From assembly GCF_004010195.1 (NCBI RefSeq), contig NC_057751.1, positions 6,080,997 through 6,124,919 on the forward strand: a DNA stretch of 43,923 nucleotides, in the 5' to 3' direction. The notes under the pieces are model-generated. The model saw only the letters and a list, made by a program, of their open reading frames with translations, searched no databases and was not told where the DNA came from. Position 1 is the first letter of the stretch; each line of letters begins with the position of its first letter. The position numbers were made by a program, and so were the translations under genes. The DNA comes from Chiloscyllium plagiosum. Lineage: Eukaryota. Shown one piece after another: positions 1 through 12,209 of this stretch.

Positions 1-254
1 TGTGCTGATTTGCTGCTCTCACGAGCTTAATGCAACAAAGCAGCCTCGTCTCCATTTCCAATCGTTATGTTTCTGCCCAGATTGGCAGAGCAGCTTTGCT
101 GCTTCTGAGAGTCCATACTGCCCCAAATTAGCAAAGTGTGAAAGAAAACAGAGATGTGCAAAGCTAGATCTCTAATGCTGAAAAATGCTGCACATTTTCT
201 TTCCTTGCAGTGATTTCTGTGTCTTAGCAGGCCTGCTACTTCGTGAAATTATTG

Positions 255-1030
255 AATAATGCAGTTCAGAAGGAAGTCATTCTGTCCGTTGTGCCCGCGC
301 TGCCTCTTGGAGCTATCCGATTCAATTCACTCCTCCGTGTTCTTTCCCCACAGTCCTGCACATCTTTTTCCTTCACGTATTTATTCAGTTAATGATTAAA
401 TATTACAAATGAACCAGCTTTTGCCAGTTTTTAAGACAATGCATTCCAATTCACAACAAATCACATAAGTAAAAAGAATGGTCCCGAATGTCACCTCTGG
501 TTTCTTCTGTCAATCAGCTGACTGACCTTTGCCTCTTGCCCCTGGATATGGATTATTTCTAATTGTTCCATTAGAGCCCCTAGTATTTTTGAACAGTTCT
601 ATGAAATCTCTCCTTAAGCTTTCTGCTCTGAGGAGAACAAGACCAGTTCCCAACCTCTGCAAAGTCTTTCACTCCAGTACCGATCCCGTAAATTTTCAAC
701 GCACTCTCTCAAAGATCTTCAAGTTTTTTTCTGAAGGCTGGTGCACCAAATTTGACACAACAGTACAGTTGGTACCAAACCAGTGCTTTATAAATATTTA
801 GTGTTTGCTCCTTGCCTTTGTAGTCTACAGCATTGTTTATAAAGCCCAGGATCCCTTTGCCTTTTCAAAAGTCTTCTTGGTTTGTTATGCTATTTTCAAA
901 GACTTCCATGCTTACACCTCAACATGTCTCTCTCCTTGCATCACAGTTTGTTCAATGACCATAAAATTCAGCATGTTTATGACAATGGTTCAGCCAGGTG
1001 TTCCATTCACTTGTGTTATCAAGGGGTGCA
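255..1030 (-). mobile_element. Old, decayed CR1 LINE 3' part
   Basis: Reverse complement resembles the CR1 ORF2 C-terminus and 3' UTR (e.g. plus-strand ctctccttaagctttctgctctgaggagaacaagacc); no intact frame. Confidence 0.6.
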
Positions 1031-2519
1031 GAAAGTTGGACATTGGGATTTCATCCCTATTGTCAGGAGCTAAACTAAGTTATTGCAGCAGTTTTAGTAT
1101 TTTGAGGACAAAACTGCCTTGTAGCCAGCAAAAAATGATACCATTTGGTTTTTTTTCAGCTGACACAAAGGCATATTATAACTGAATGCAACAGGGGAGC
1201 CAAACAATGGAGAAGATGACAAAGTCAGAGGAAAATTGTTATTGTTGTCAGAAACAAAACAGTCAGGGAAAATAGGACCAAAAAATTCATTCTGATATTA
1301 AACATCGACTCTGCAGAATAAATTATTTATGGCACAAATAAAATATTAATGCAGTAAAAATGAATAGTCTGAGTTCTCAACGTTGCTTATCTTTTATTCA
1401 AATTAGTGAAACATTCAGATCTTCCCAGAACCAAATTAAATCTGGTTTGGAAGTCACTCAGAAAAAAAAAAGATATCCTGCCTTGATCATTTTGTTTCGT
1501 GATAAACTCCTTTGTCAATATTTGGTACAAACTCTTTAAATTGGAAAATAATTTATACATCTTTAAATGTGCATTAAATGCTTCGTACCATATGATAATA
1601 CTGAAACATATTGATTATTAGAAAAAATACCATCTCATGACATGATGAAGTATTCATCCATTCTCATATTACTTTTCAATGCAAAACATTTTGGCACATT
1701 CTATTTCTATGTTTAATTCATCGTCACAATGTTTATTCTTTTATACTGGTCCCTAATATAAGCAATTGCACACAGATTGCTGCTCATAGAATAAACAGTT
1801 CACACATATAACTCACACTCTCTTCTCCCAAACATTTATTATTTATTATCATACTTTTTTTTCATTTTGTATCTTTTTCTCACTTACTGTTGTGTATTAT
1901 TCATTTTGGTGCACATTATTTGATACTTTGCATGACACTTTCATTTTATTAACTGCTGTATTGTTGCTCAGATTGGACAAAATGCAAACTGTGCCTCCCA
2001 AACTTCCACTTCAATCTTCAAAAATCTTGCTTTCTGCATTTTTATTTTTAAATAACTGACAATTACATCGTCTACATCAAGGGAGAAAGTGATGGAATCA
2101 TGTCAGAAGGAAACATTGAGAAGGATAGGTGCAAGGACCCAAAATACAGCCAGAGACAATGATTAATGGAGTGGATGTGTGGTGGCAGGAAGGAGGAAGT
2201 TCCAGGTAATAGGAGTGGAACGGTTGAGAAAGATGGGCAAGAAAAATCAGGTCAGAATTGGGTAAAGGGTTTAACCCAATTCCAGCAGACCTAAAGTCAG
2301 GATTGGAGGCCACGTATCTGGAGGACTGGCAGAGACTGGTTAGGATGCATCCTTGTGGACATGTGAAAACGCAGCCTGATGCTCCTGTGGTCAAGTGGGG
2401 CGCAGAGACTTGCACTGGGGCTAATTAGAATCTCTTCAAGTTGATGATGAATTTATTTTGCAGAAGGTCAAGTTGAATATTTTAAATTTCAAACAAAGGA
2501 TGTGATTGCTGACTATGTC

Positions 2520-2790
2520 AATACTGTCACCCATACTGATAATCCTGTAGAAGGGCTGCCTTCTTGAGCCACTATGCTCCATGTGCTGTAGATGCATCCA
2601 GAGTACTATTTTGGAGATATGTCCAGGATTTCTAACCAGTCATAGTGAAGGAATGGCTGATAGAGTTTCAAATCAGAATGGAAAGGAGTGAAAGGACCAT
2701 GGAAGGGGTATGTTTTAATGATGGGTAACATGGCTGTCCATTCTGTTTACCTCTGCCTTTTCAAAGGCAAGGAACATTGGTAAAGTCTAA
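2520..2790 (-). mobile_element. CR1-group LINE family Z (Zenon-like), 3' fragment
   Basis: ctgccttcttgagccactatgctcc...ccaggatttctaaccag...gaaggaatggctgata is homologous to 7560-7700 and 34940-35070 in this window. Confidence 0.65.
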
Positions 2791-3089
2791 CTAAGACTTC
2801 ACTAACATATTCACAATGAGACTCAGGGCAAAATGTTACTTTTAGGGCTTAGGAAACAATGATAGATGCCTGTTTCAGCATCCATTGTAGTGCAGTAGAA
2901 AGAGTACAACACTCCTCACCCCACTCCATTCACATCTTCAAGGCCACCCATCATTCCTGACCATCAGCTCACCAATTGTGGATCAATCTGACCTGTCCCT
3001 TGCAAGAACCTTTGGGTCTCCTTGACCCCAGTCCTGCCAACATAGTTGATTGTTTCCACCCTCACTTCCACCTTCTCCATTTCCCTGTA

Positions 3090-3330
3090 AGTGTGTGTCC
3101 TCTGCAATATGACTGTGGGCCCATCCGTTTGCAGCTTTTTCATCAATGACCCTTTCCATCTTTAAGTGGTTATGTTTGCTGATGCTTGCATAAAATTCAG
3201 AAACATTCACAACTCCTCAGATAATGATGCACACTTTGATGGACATCTTCCAGGCAACTTCCAGGCTTGGGCTGGTAAGTGGCAGGCAATATTCAGACCA
3301 TACGACCGCCAGGCAAGTGGAGATTGGTCT
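3090..3330 (+). mobile_element. LINE family Z reverse transcriptase fragment
   Basis: ORF 3166-3348 VMFADAC..FRNIHNSSDN..QAWAGKWQ is homologous to VGMFTDDCTMFSIIHNSLDTEA at 12530-12660. Confidence 0.7.
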
Positions 3331-3547
3331 GAAGGTGACTCATATTAGACTGGAAATGTTAACTTTGTGCCAGACCCATTGTCTTTCTGTGCAAAATAAG
3401 GTCCTGCTTTAGTTCATAGGATTGTCCCCTGAAGATGCCTTTTATTAGTCATTGTGAGAAAAAGGAACTTGGGTAAGCCTGATGCCTAAAACTCCCTCCA
3501 GGATATTGCCCCAGAATTTTGGTGCTGAATGCCAAATTGTAGACTTT

Positions 3548-3908
3548 GGGGAGGTAATAGCCTACTAGTATTGTCATGAGACTATTAATCCAGAAACTCA
3601 ACTAATTTTTGGGTGCCCAGATTCAAATCTCACTACGGCAGATGGTTGGATTTAAATACAATCAAGAATCTAGAATTAAGAGTCCAATGATGACCATGAA
3701 GCCATTGTTAATTGTTGGAAAACCCCATCTGGTTCACTAATGTCTTTTCAGGAAGGAAATCTGTTGTCCTTACTTGGTCTGGTCAACATGTGACTCCAGA
3801 CCCACAGCAATATGGTTGAATCTTAACTGCCCTCTGGACAATTAGGGGTGGGCAATTAATGCTGCCTAGTCAATGATGCCCACATCACATGAGTGAATTT
3901 AAAAAAAA
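3548..3908 (+). mobile_element. tRNA-headed SINE sharing its 3' tail with LINE family Z
   Basis: Degenerate A/B boxes (gattcaaatc), a body shared with 4701-5054, a tail gcccacatcacatgagtgaat plus A-run matching the LINE tail at 13290-13360. Confidence 0.8.
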
Positions 3909-4700
3909 CAGAGGGGATCACACATGTTGTCCCTGAGTTGGATAATTTGTTCAATTAAGAGAATTGAAGCTGACATCTGGAGTTTGATAAAGAACTCAAG
4001 TAATAGAACTCATTATAAATTAGTCTGAAGAATAGATTATCAGGCTTGTTCCCACGGGCATCATTATGTGAACAGAGTGTCTTGACTGCTGTGTTTGCAA
4101 GGGCGCACATATTAACTTTATCTGCAGGTAATATAAAACAAGTCAGTCAACTGTCAAGGATGAGATTTTATGTGGCTGAGTTGGAATTAGACGAGATAAT
4201 TTTTTTTGTCAGTCCAAGAAGGGCTTAGAATAAGCTGTAGTTCCAACTGCTTCCCATATGAAACACCATGAATTATTTTCACTGCTAACTGAGGGAAGGT
4301 TGCAAAATGCATTTTGACCATTGAGCTATCTTCCATGTGGGGGTTGTCAAGTTCACCAACATTCACTGTCCAGAAAGAGGTCTGTTAGGATACTGCAGTC
4401 TTTACAGCCCAATTACACTGAAAGTAGCTGAAAATATCTTGTCTACAAGGATCATTTTATGGTCAGATTTGCAGAGATATTATTATCAGAGTCATAGCAA
4501 TCTTCCAGAGCAGATGTGGTTGTGTTATCAGAGGTATTGCTGAGGAAGCCTGCTTCACATTTTCCACAATATTGTCAACCATGTTGAGCTCTTCAATCAT
4601 ACAGCACAGATGATGAGCACTGTTACCAGTCTGAGTGTATGCCAGCTCTTTACCATAGCAATCTGAAATAAAAATGGAAAATGCTAGAAACACGAAACAA

Positions 4701-5054
4701 GGGGAGATGATGGGGTAGTGATATTATCATTGTTCATTCTGAGATCACAGTAATATTCTGGGGACTTGTGTTTGAATACAACCATGACAGATGGTGGTAC
4801 TTGAATTCAAATAAAATTCTGGAATTAAGAGTCTCATGATCACTATTTAGCCATTGTTGCTTGTTCGTAAAAATCCGTCTGGTTCATTATTTCACCCTTG
4901 AGGGAAGGAAATGTGCCATCCTTACCTGCTCTGGCCTACATATGACTCCAGACCCTCAGCAATGTGTTTGACTCTTACTCTCTGTGCAATCAGGGATGGG
5001 CAAATGATGTTGACCTAGACAGCGACACCCACATCCAACACATTAAAGGAAAAG
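4701..5054 (+). mobile_element. Second copy of the same tRNA-headed SINE
   Basis: Colinear with 3548-3908 (cagatggt...gaattaagagtc...ggaaggaaat...gactccagaccc...cccacatc). Confidence 0.8.
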
Positions 5055-5739
5055 TCAGGCAACGCTTGAGCGAGACAATAATAGTATTGATGTTTCAGCT
5101 TGCTGACCATGATGTTTGAAACAAACAGCTTTTCAACAGGAACAGAACAGGGGGAAAAGGGATGAGGCCTGTACAATGATGGAGGGCAGTAAGTGATGAA
5201 ATAGCAGAAATGAGTTTGATACAAAAACAAAATGTGATTATGTGAGAAATTAAAGGGGCACAACAAAGGATAGTCCAAGAAAGAAGAGTACAGATGGAGG
5301 GAAGGTTGGAATATCTGGTCAAGCAGAGAAAACTCCCATGTGACAACATTGCAAAAATTGGTCCCTTTAAGGACATACTGAAGAGAGTAAGGAGCAGCTT
5401 ATGATTATTAAACCAAGCATTAAAGAGCTGCTTGTTTTCCCAATAATGGGGACAAGAAGGGAAAGAACAAGGTAGTGTTTATATTGAGCGAAGAAATGTA
5501 AATAAACTGTCTTTGGAACAAGTCCTGCTTCAATGCTTGGATGAGTAGCAATTCAACACTGTAACTGTGAACATGAGTATGAAAGACAAATGGACTTGAG
5601 TTCTTTTTTTACCTCTTTGCCCTGAACCAATAGGGATCCCCAGCCCAAGCAGCAGCTCACATACCTTTTGCAGCCAAGGTCTTTGTAGGGGCCTGGGAGT
5701 GGTGGTTGCAGTCTGACAGTGTTTATAGGTCAACATTAA

Positions 5740-6015
5740 GACCAGAAGGGTAGAAAGTGCCCTATAGAAAGTTGAGGTGTTGTTACAGAATGGAATGGTG
5801 TAGGAGACCGATGGCAGAAACAGCAGAGTGGCAGTGGGCAGCAGAATTGAGGTGGCAGCAACTTGAAGTTTGAGGTGATATGAATACAGACCAAGTGGAG
5901 GTGTTTAGCAAACAGTCACTGAGTCTGTGTTTGATCTCTCCATTGTAGAAAAGACAGCATTGTTGGTGGTGAGTACAGTTGGGAAAAATAAAGCTGTAAA
6001 TGTAACTTGCTGTTA
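5740..6015 (-). mobile_element. Penelope-like element GIY-YIG endonuclease relic
   Basis: Minus ORF reads C..CLFYNGEIKHRLSDC and HLNS..HCHSAVSAIGLLH, like the Penelope consensus CGLLYIGETKRRLGDRFAEH...HFNS.SHS...VLGLL; frameshifted. Confidence 0.7.
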
Positions 6016-6021
6016 TATCAG

Positions 6022-6604
6022 TGTTATGGACCATGCCCAACCCTCTCAAAATATTTTAAGAAGGTTGCCCAGACCCTAATCTTTTTTTATTTTAAAGGTA
6101 GGTGTGAGTGGATATTCCAGGTGTGATGGAACTGGTCAAACCACTCAACTTTAAGCAAAACAGATTTTTTTAATAAACACTGCAGTTGAAATATGAGCAA
6201 AAGAAAGCAGAATTTAGAATAACTGAACTACTGGAATTCTTAACCGACCTGATACTGCAACTTAACGAATTAACTGTTCCAACACAGTAACATCCCATAA
6301 ACATACCTGTTGGCAAGAAAAGGTAAATGCAAAAACACAGATTCTTACAGGCAGGAGGAAACAACTTCCAGAGGGAGATTTCAGAGAACATCAGAGGGAT
6401 TATTTACTGAAACTTGTTATTCTCCTGGCATCACACATCTTGTGACTGCTACAGCTAAAACAAATTAGAAAAAACCTGAACTGGGAAAACTGGCCACTCC
6501 CTTTCCATTGTTGAATGAAATTCTTCACTATCTCTGCCTTTACCACTTCTCTTCAAAAACATCAAGGACAAATTAACCACTTTTAAAGTGACAGTATTGT
6601 CACA
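6022..6604 (-). mobile_element. Solo LTR, family B (Gypsy/ERV-like)
   Basis: TG...CA termini (tgttatgg...tgtcaca); both ends are reverse-complement homologous to 27650-28279. No TSD seen. Confidence 0.7.
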
Positions 6605-7097
6605 CCTGTTTGAAGTCCTACCTGCACCGCACATTTCTCCCACTTTGCACATTCTTTGAATCATTCACAGAAAGTTTTGCCAAATTTGCTATGGAACAAC
6701 ACAGTTCTATTTATTAAGATTATTGTGATTAAATGTAACCTTGATGAAATTGCACCCACCTTTTAATTAAAGTCAATTTTGGATAAGAACCAGTTTTTGA
6801 CTCAGAAGTGTGCCAACTGCAAAATTGCAACACTCATTGGGTACCTTGTATGAGAAAATATGCACCCTAACACTGGCAATAGGATGCTGATTGCACCACC
6901 TTCAAATATTTATGACCTTGTGAAGTGTAAGAAAGAGACCAGTGTGTGCCACTGGAGATCATTTGTATCCAGCTATATTACAATCAGGACTACTGTGCAA
7001 AATCAGGAGGATGGTTGTCATACTGACAATTATAACTCTGATCACATTTCAACATAAATGGGTGAGCCATATAAATACTGTAGTTAAAGCAGGGAGG

Positions 7098-7250
7098 AGG
7101 AGAAAATGAGAACTGCAGATGCTGAAGAGTCAAAGTCGAAAAGTGTGGCACTGGAAAGGCACAGCAAGTTAGGCAGTGTCCGAAGAGCAGGAGAGTCGAC
7201 ATTTCGGGCATAAATCCTTCATCAGGAATGTGGAGAGGGAAGGAGGCTGT
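7098..7250 (-). mobile_element. Short Penelope pseudo-LTR derivative with hammerhead motif
   Basis: Minus strand CTGATGA-aggatttatgccc-GAAA-tgtc at 7198-7225; homologous to 14941-15030, 15370-15499 and 43315-43428. Confidence 0.8.
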
Positions 7251-7485
7251 GGGTCAAGCTAGGAATTCTGTGGTAAATAACTTACTTCATGACTCCCCAA
7301 AAGCATGTATACCAACTACATGTCACAAGCGAGGAGTGAGATAGTCCACTTTCTTGGATGAGTGCCATGTCAAATAATCTCAAGCAGTTTAACACATTTT
7401 TTGACAAAGCAGTCCAATTGATTGGCGTGCCTTTCACTGCCTTCATGTTCACTCCATTCACACTGGCACACAGTGGACGCACTAT
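7251..7485 (+). mobile_element. LINE family Z C-terminal fragment
   Basis: Homologous to 12845-13070 (gactcccca...gacaaagcag...). Confidence 0.65.
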
Positions 7486-9215
7486 CTCTTTTTATTCATT
7501 TATGGAGCAAAAGTGGCTGGACACAATTTATTGCCCATCCTTTCTTGTCCTTAGGAAGGTGAGGGATGGTGAGCTGCATTCTTGAACCACTGCAGTCCTC
7601 ATGCTGTAGGTAGACCAACAGTGTTATTATGGAAGGACTTCCAGGATTTTGACCCAGCAACACTAAAGGAATAGTGATATACTTCCAAGACAGGATGGTG
7701 AGGGGGTTGGAGGGGAACATGCTGTTGGTGGTGTTCCCATTTATCTGTTGACCTTGTCCTTCGAGATGGAAATGGTCATGGGTTTGGAAGATGTTGCCTG
7801 AGGATCTTTGGTGAATTCTGCAGTGCATCTTGTAGATAGTACACAATGCTGCTACTGAGTGTCGGTGGTGAAGGGAGGGATACTTGTCAATGTGGTGCCA
7901 ATCAACCAGGCTGTTTTGGCGTGGATGGTGTGAAGCTTTGTGTGTTGTTGGAGCCATGCTCATCCAGACAAGTAGGAAGTATTCCATCACACACCTCACT
8001 TGTGGCTTGTAGATGATGGACAAGTTTTGGGGAATCAGGAGGTGAGTTACTCACCACAGTATTCTTTGGTTTTGACCAGCTTTATAGCCATTGTATTTAG
8101 TCCAGTTGAGTTTCTGACTCCCGGCAAACTATGCACTGCCCTCCCCTCCCCCTCGCCCCAGCCCCCGACTTCCAACCAACCACCACAACCATGTTCCTGT
8201 GTGCCAAGTATGACTCAACTAATGGAGAGGTTTCCCTCAGATTCCCATTGATTCCAGTTTTGTTAGGGCTCCTTGATGCCAAATGTGATCAAAGGAAGGT
8301 TTGAGTTATAGAGAGAGGCTGAATAAGCTGGGGGCTGTTTTCCCTGGAGCGTCGGAGGCTGAGGGGGTGACCTTATAGAGGTTTATAAAATCATGAAGGG
8401 CACGGATAGGGTAAATAGACAAGGTCATTTCCCTGGGGTCAGGGAGTCCAGAATAAGAGGACATAGGTTTAGGGTGAGAAGAGAAAACTTTAAAAAGAAT
8501 CTAAGGGGCAACTTTTTCAGGTAGAGGATGGTGCGTACATGGAATGAACTGCCAGAGGAAGTGGTGGAGGCCGGTACAATGACACCATTTATAGGGCATC
8601 TGCATGGGTATATGAATACAAACGGTTAAGACGGATAGAGGCCAAATGCTGGCAGGTGGGACTGGATTGGGTTGGGATATCTGGTCAGCATGGACGAGTT
8701 AGACTGAAGGGTCTGTTTCTGTGCTGTACAATTCTGTGACTCTATGATTCTAAATGCAGCCTTGATGTCAAGGGTTTCACTCTTAGCTCACCTGTGGAAT
8801 TCAGTTCTTTTGTCTATCTTTGAACCAAGGCTGCAATGAGTTCAAGAGCTGAATGGCTCTGGCGGAATTCAAACATGGTGTCAGTGAGCAAGTTATTCCT
8901 CAGAAAGTGCGGCTTGATAGCACTGTTGATGACACCTTCCATCAATTTACTGATGATTGAGAGAAGACTGATGGGGTAGTAATTGCCCAGGTTGGATTTG
9001 TCATGCTATTTGACAGGACAGAGCTGGGCAATTTTCCACATTGTAGGATAGATACCACTTTGTATCTGTACTTAGTGAGGGGCGCAGCAAATTCTGGAGC
9101 AGATGTCTTCAGTACTATTGCTGGAATGTTATCAGACCACATAGCCTTTGCTGTATTGAATGCCTCCAACCATCTCTTGATATCATTTAGAGTGAATTCA
9201 ATGTGTATACCAAGA
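7486..9215 (-). mobile_element. LINE family Z, 5'-truncated and internally deleted, interrupted by a CR1 insertion
   Basis: Minus ORFs IYKPQVRCVMEY..VWMSMAPTT and DIKRWLEAFNTAKAM..DNIPAIVLKTSAPEFAAPL (RT region); 3' tail at about 7490. Confidence 0.85.
8293..8750 (+). mobile_element. CR1 (HER1-type) LINE 3' end nested in the family Z LINE
   Basis: Encodes ERLNKLG.FSLERRRLRGDLIEVYKIMKG.DRV (frameshifted); 3' UTR gaagggtctgtttctgtgctgta and ctctatgattct tail. Confidence 0.9.
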
Positions 9216-9328
9216 TGAACCACCATAACTCACTATGCAGGGGGAATAAATTTAGTCAAAAATCAGCACTACTTGATCATACCGGAATGCCATTCTAAGG
9301 TATACAAAAAAGGTTGAGCCACTAGGTT

Positions 9329-9670
9329 GGGGCAGCACAGTGGCTCAGTGGTTGGCTCTGCTGACTCACAGCGCCAGGGACCTGGTTTTGATTCCAACCT
9401 CATGCGACAGTGTGGAGCTTGCACATTCTCTCCATGTCTGTGTGGATTTCCTTCAGGTGCCCTAGTTTCCTCCCACAATCCAAAGATGTGCAGGTTAGGT
9501 GAATTAACCCTGCTAAATTGCCCAGAGTGTTCAGAGATGTGCGGATTGGGTGCATGAGGCAGGGATAAATGTAGGGAAATGGGTCTGGTGGATTATTCTT
9601 CAGGGGGTCAGTGTGAACTTGTTGGTCCAAAGGGCCTATTTCCACACTGTAGGTATTCTATGACTATTAT
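9329..9670 (+). mobile_element. HE1-type V-SINE, near full length
   Basis: A box tggctcagtgg, B-box-like ggttttgattcc, V-domain gtgtggagcttgcacattctc...ttcctcccacaatccaaagatgtgcaggttagg, CR1-like tail. Confidence 0.85.
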
Positions 9671-9694
9671 GTCATTCGCAAGTTTTATAAATGA

Positions 9695-10010
9695 AGGGGA
9701 GAAGTCAGGAAAATGGGGTTGAGAAACATATGAACCATATTTCAATGGTGGAACGGACTTGATGTGGTGAATGGCCTAATTTTACTCCTATATTTTATGA
9801 TCTTTTACTTTTCTTTTCTAGCCAATGTTATTTTGACAGATGCTGAAAGGACAAGGGCAGCTGATATGTGGAAATAATACCAGTTGTAGTCTTCCACCAA
9901 GTCATCTACTAGACTGTTGTAGAATTGTATTGCGATCCCATAAGTGTCACTGTATCAAAGTCCTTGAATTTCCTTCCAAACAGCACAATGATTATATCAG
10001 TTTCCAGGCA
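9695..10010 (+). mobile_element. Adjacent decayed LINE 3' tails (CR1, then family Z)
   Basis: gaatggcctaattttactcctatattttatg (CR1 3' UTR type), then aaggacaagggcagc...aaagtccttgaatttccttccaaacagcac (family Z tail). Confidence 0.55.
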
Positions 10011-10798
10011 CCTCCCCTCCCCCTGCCACTTTATCACCATTGTAAAAACGTGCCACATTTGGTGGTCTTCATGTTCTTATGCACACATCAATAACACACA
10101 CCTTGGAAAAATTTCCACTTTACTTAGTACACATTGAGATGCAACTAAGCAATTGCACATATACACTATGACAGTGGCTGTTTAGACATTCCACGAGTAA
10201 GCATCTGCCCCACATATTTATTCCATCAGCAGATCTTCTGATGTGACATTCGGAGCAGCTATTCAAATGGCTCCAAACTGGCTGTAGCAGTGAGCCCTTT
10301 GTTCTAAGTGATTCTTCTTGCTGTGACTATGCTATATAAGGTAATAGCTGGTTTAAATCCATTTAACTGGTTTTCAATTGTTTCACTTTCCTGTTTGGAG
10401 CCATCCTCAGATGTGTTGGTGTGGGTGTCCCTTCAAGTTTATGCTTGACGAAACACAGGCAGCTAACAAGGGCGTTATTTCCAACTCCCTTCCCTCCTTC
10501 AGTACTGGAGTGAAGAGAGTATATTTGGGAAACAACGGTGCACAGATTTTGACAACAGCTCCAATCACTAATTAGCAGGTTGGCAAAAATCTACATCCTC
10601 TCCAATATTTTCCCATCATCTTTCCTGCTCTTTTACCCATTATGTAATTCTTCTGTCAGGGTCCTAGCTTCTTATGTGCTCCCCCTGTTGGTGGAAACGT
10701 GGCATACGGAATTTCACAACAACTAATTTACATCCATAAATAGGAAAGAAATAAGAACACAGTGACATGATTCACAGTGATTAACCCCACATTGTTTG

Positions 10799-10816
10799 GT
10801 GTGTGTGTGTGTGTGT
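10799..10816 (+). repeat. (GT)9 microsatellite
   Basis: Directly visible. Confidence 0.95.
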
Positions 10817-11269
10817 TTCAAATGTTGTGTTCCTCAGCATGTTTGAGGGATAATTAGAAATTGGCTACAGATTTGGGCATTGTCCGTGATCTTTGCATCC
10901 CACAAATGAAATAAAAGCTAATTTAGATACCAGGTCCTCTGCCTGAGGCCATTTCAGGCAAGCGAGATCTGAGCATTTCATTCAATATTAATAGCAAAGA
11001 TATTACTGCTAATCATGATTTGAGGCAATTTTTCATTTACTAATTATTGCCGGCAGGAAATTCCTGGTTCTTCTGCCACGGGACATACTTGTGGAGACTA
11101 AAGGCTAATAGGCTGCCTAATCCTGATGTCATAAGGCCTTGGATTCTTAAAATCAAAATAATTGCTGAGATTGTGGATACATCAGACATAATCTTACAAA
11201 ATACCCAAAATTTTATAAAGGTGCTTTTGAAAGTCCAAATGTAACTCTTGTATTTTGGAAAAGTGAGAA

Positions 11270-12180
11270 ACTGAATTTAAGAAATCATAGGCCTGTCAAT
11301 CGAACATTTGCTATTGTGAAAAAGCTGAATTCATTACTAAGGGAGCCATGACAGGACATTAAAAAAGTCATAACATAGAGTCAACATAATTTTATGAAAG
11401 GGAAATAGTGTTTGATAAATTTAATAGAATTATTTGAAGATGTAACAAACAGGGATAATAAAGGACAGGCATTTGATCAGATGCCAGGTTAAAGGTTTCT
11501 GCAGAAGATAAGAGCTCAAGGTGTTGGGGGTGACGTAATAGCATGGACAGAGTTATGGTTAACAGAAAGCAAACAGAAATTCATGATTTTCAGATTGAAC
11601 TGGTGAAGGGTCAGAGAAATCATTGTTGCAATCTTTACAATCCATATTTAGGATTTGGATACACAGCCAGATTACTGGAAGCAAACTTTGCTGACAGGAC
11701 AAAAAGAGGTGGGAAAGCAAGTGTGAGAAGGACACAGAATATGCATTGCGGTTTGACATGATAAATGTGCGCTAAAATTTGACAGGGTACAGTGCGAAAA
11801 ATGGGAGGTTATTCATTTAGCAAGAAAATTAGACAAAAAGGATATCATTTAAAGGGAGTATATAATGCTGCAGTAGAGGGATCTGGGTCCTTGAATGAAA
11901 ATGGTTCACTTGCAGAAACAGCATGTACTTTGAAGACACAGAAGATTGGTCTTCATGGTATAGGAGAATATAAAAATCTGGTTCCGGTTTTGAGAACGTA
12001 TCTATAATATTCTGTGCAGTTTGATCTCTAAGGAGGAATATGTTACATTTGCATTGAAAACGGTTCAGAGAACTTTCAGTAAGTTTAATACTGTACCACA
12101 AGGATTATCTTCAGTATGATTTAAGGTTCAAGAGTCACAGATTAGGAAAAATCTAATTGATTTTAAGATAACTTAGTGAG
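11270..12180 (+). mobile_element. Old CR1 LINE RT region, heavily decayed
   Basis: Remnants of YRPVS.., SQHNFMKGK.CL.NL.E.FEDVT and NFADRTKRGG (CR1 RT motifs) across frameshifts. Confidence 0.75.
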
Positions 12181-12209
12181 AAGTAGCAGTTTAGTTTTGA
12201 GTATTGGCT

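Noticed and set aside
529..1185. 90-126 aa plus-strand ORFs
   Set aside because: Antisense to a decayed CR1; no recognisable domain or splice structure.
9329..9400. tRNA gene
   Set aside because: The A/B boxes are the head of an HE1-type SINE; no full cloverleaf.
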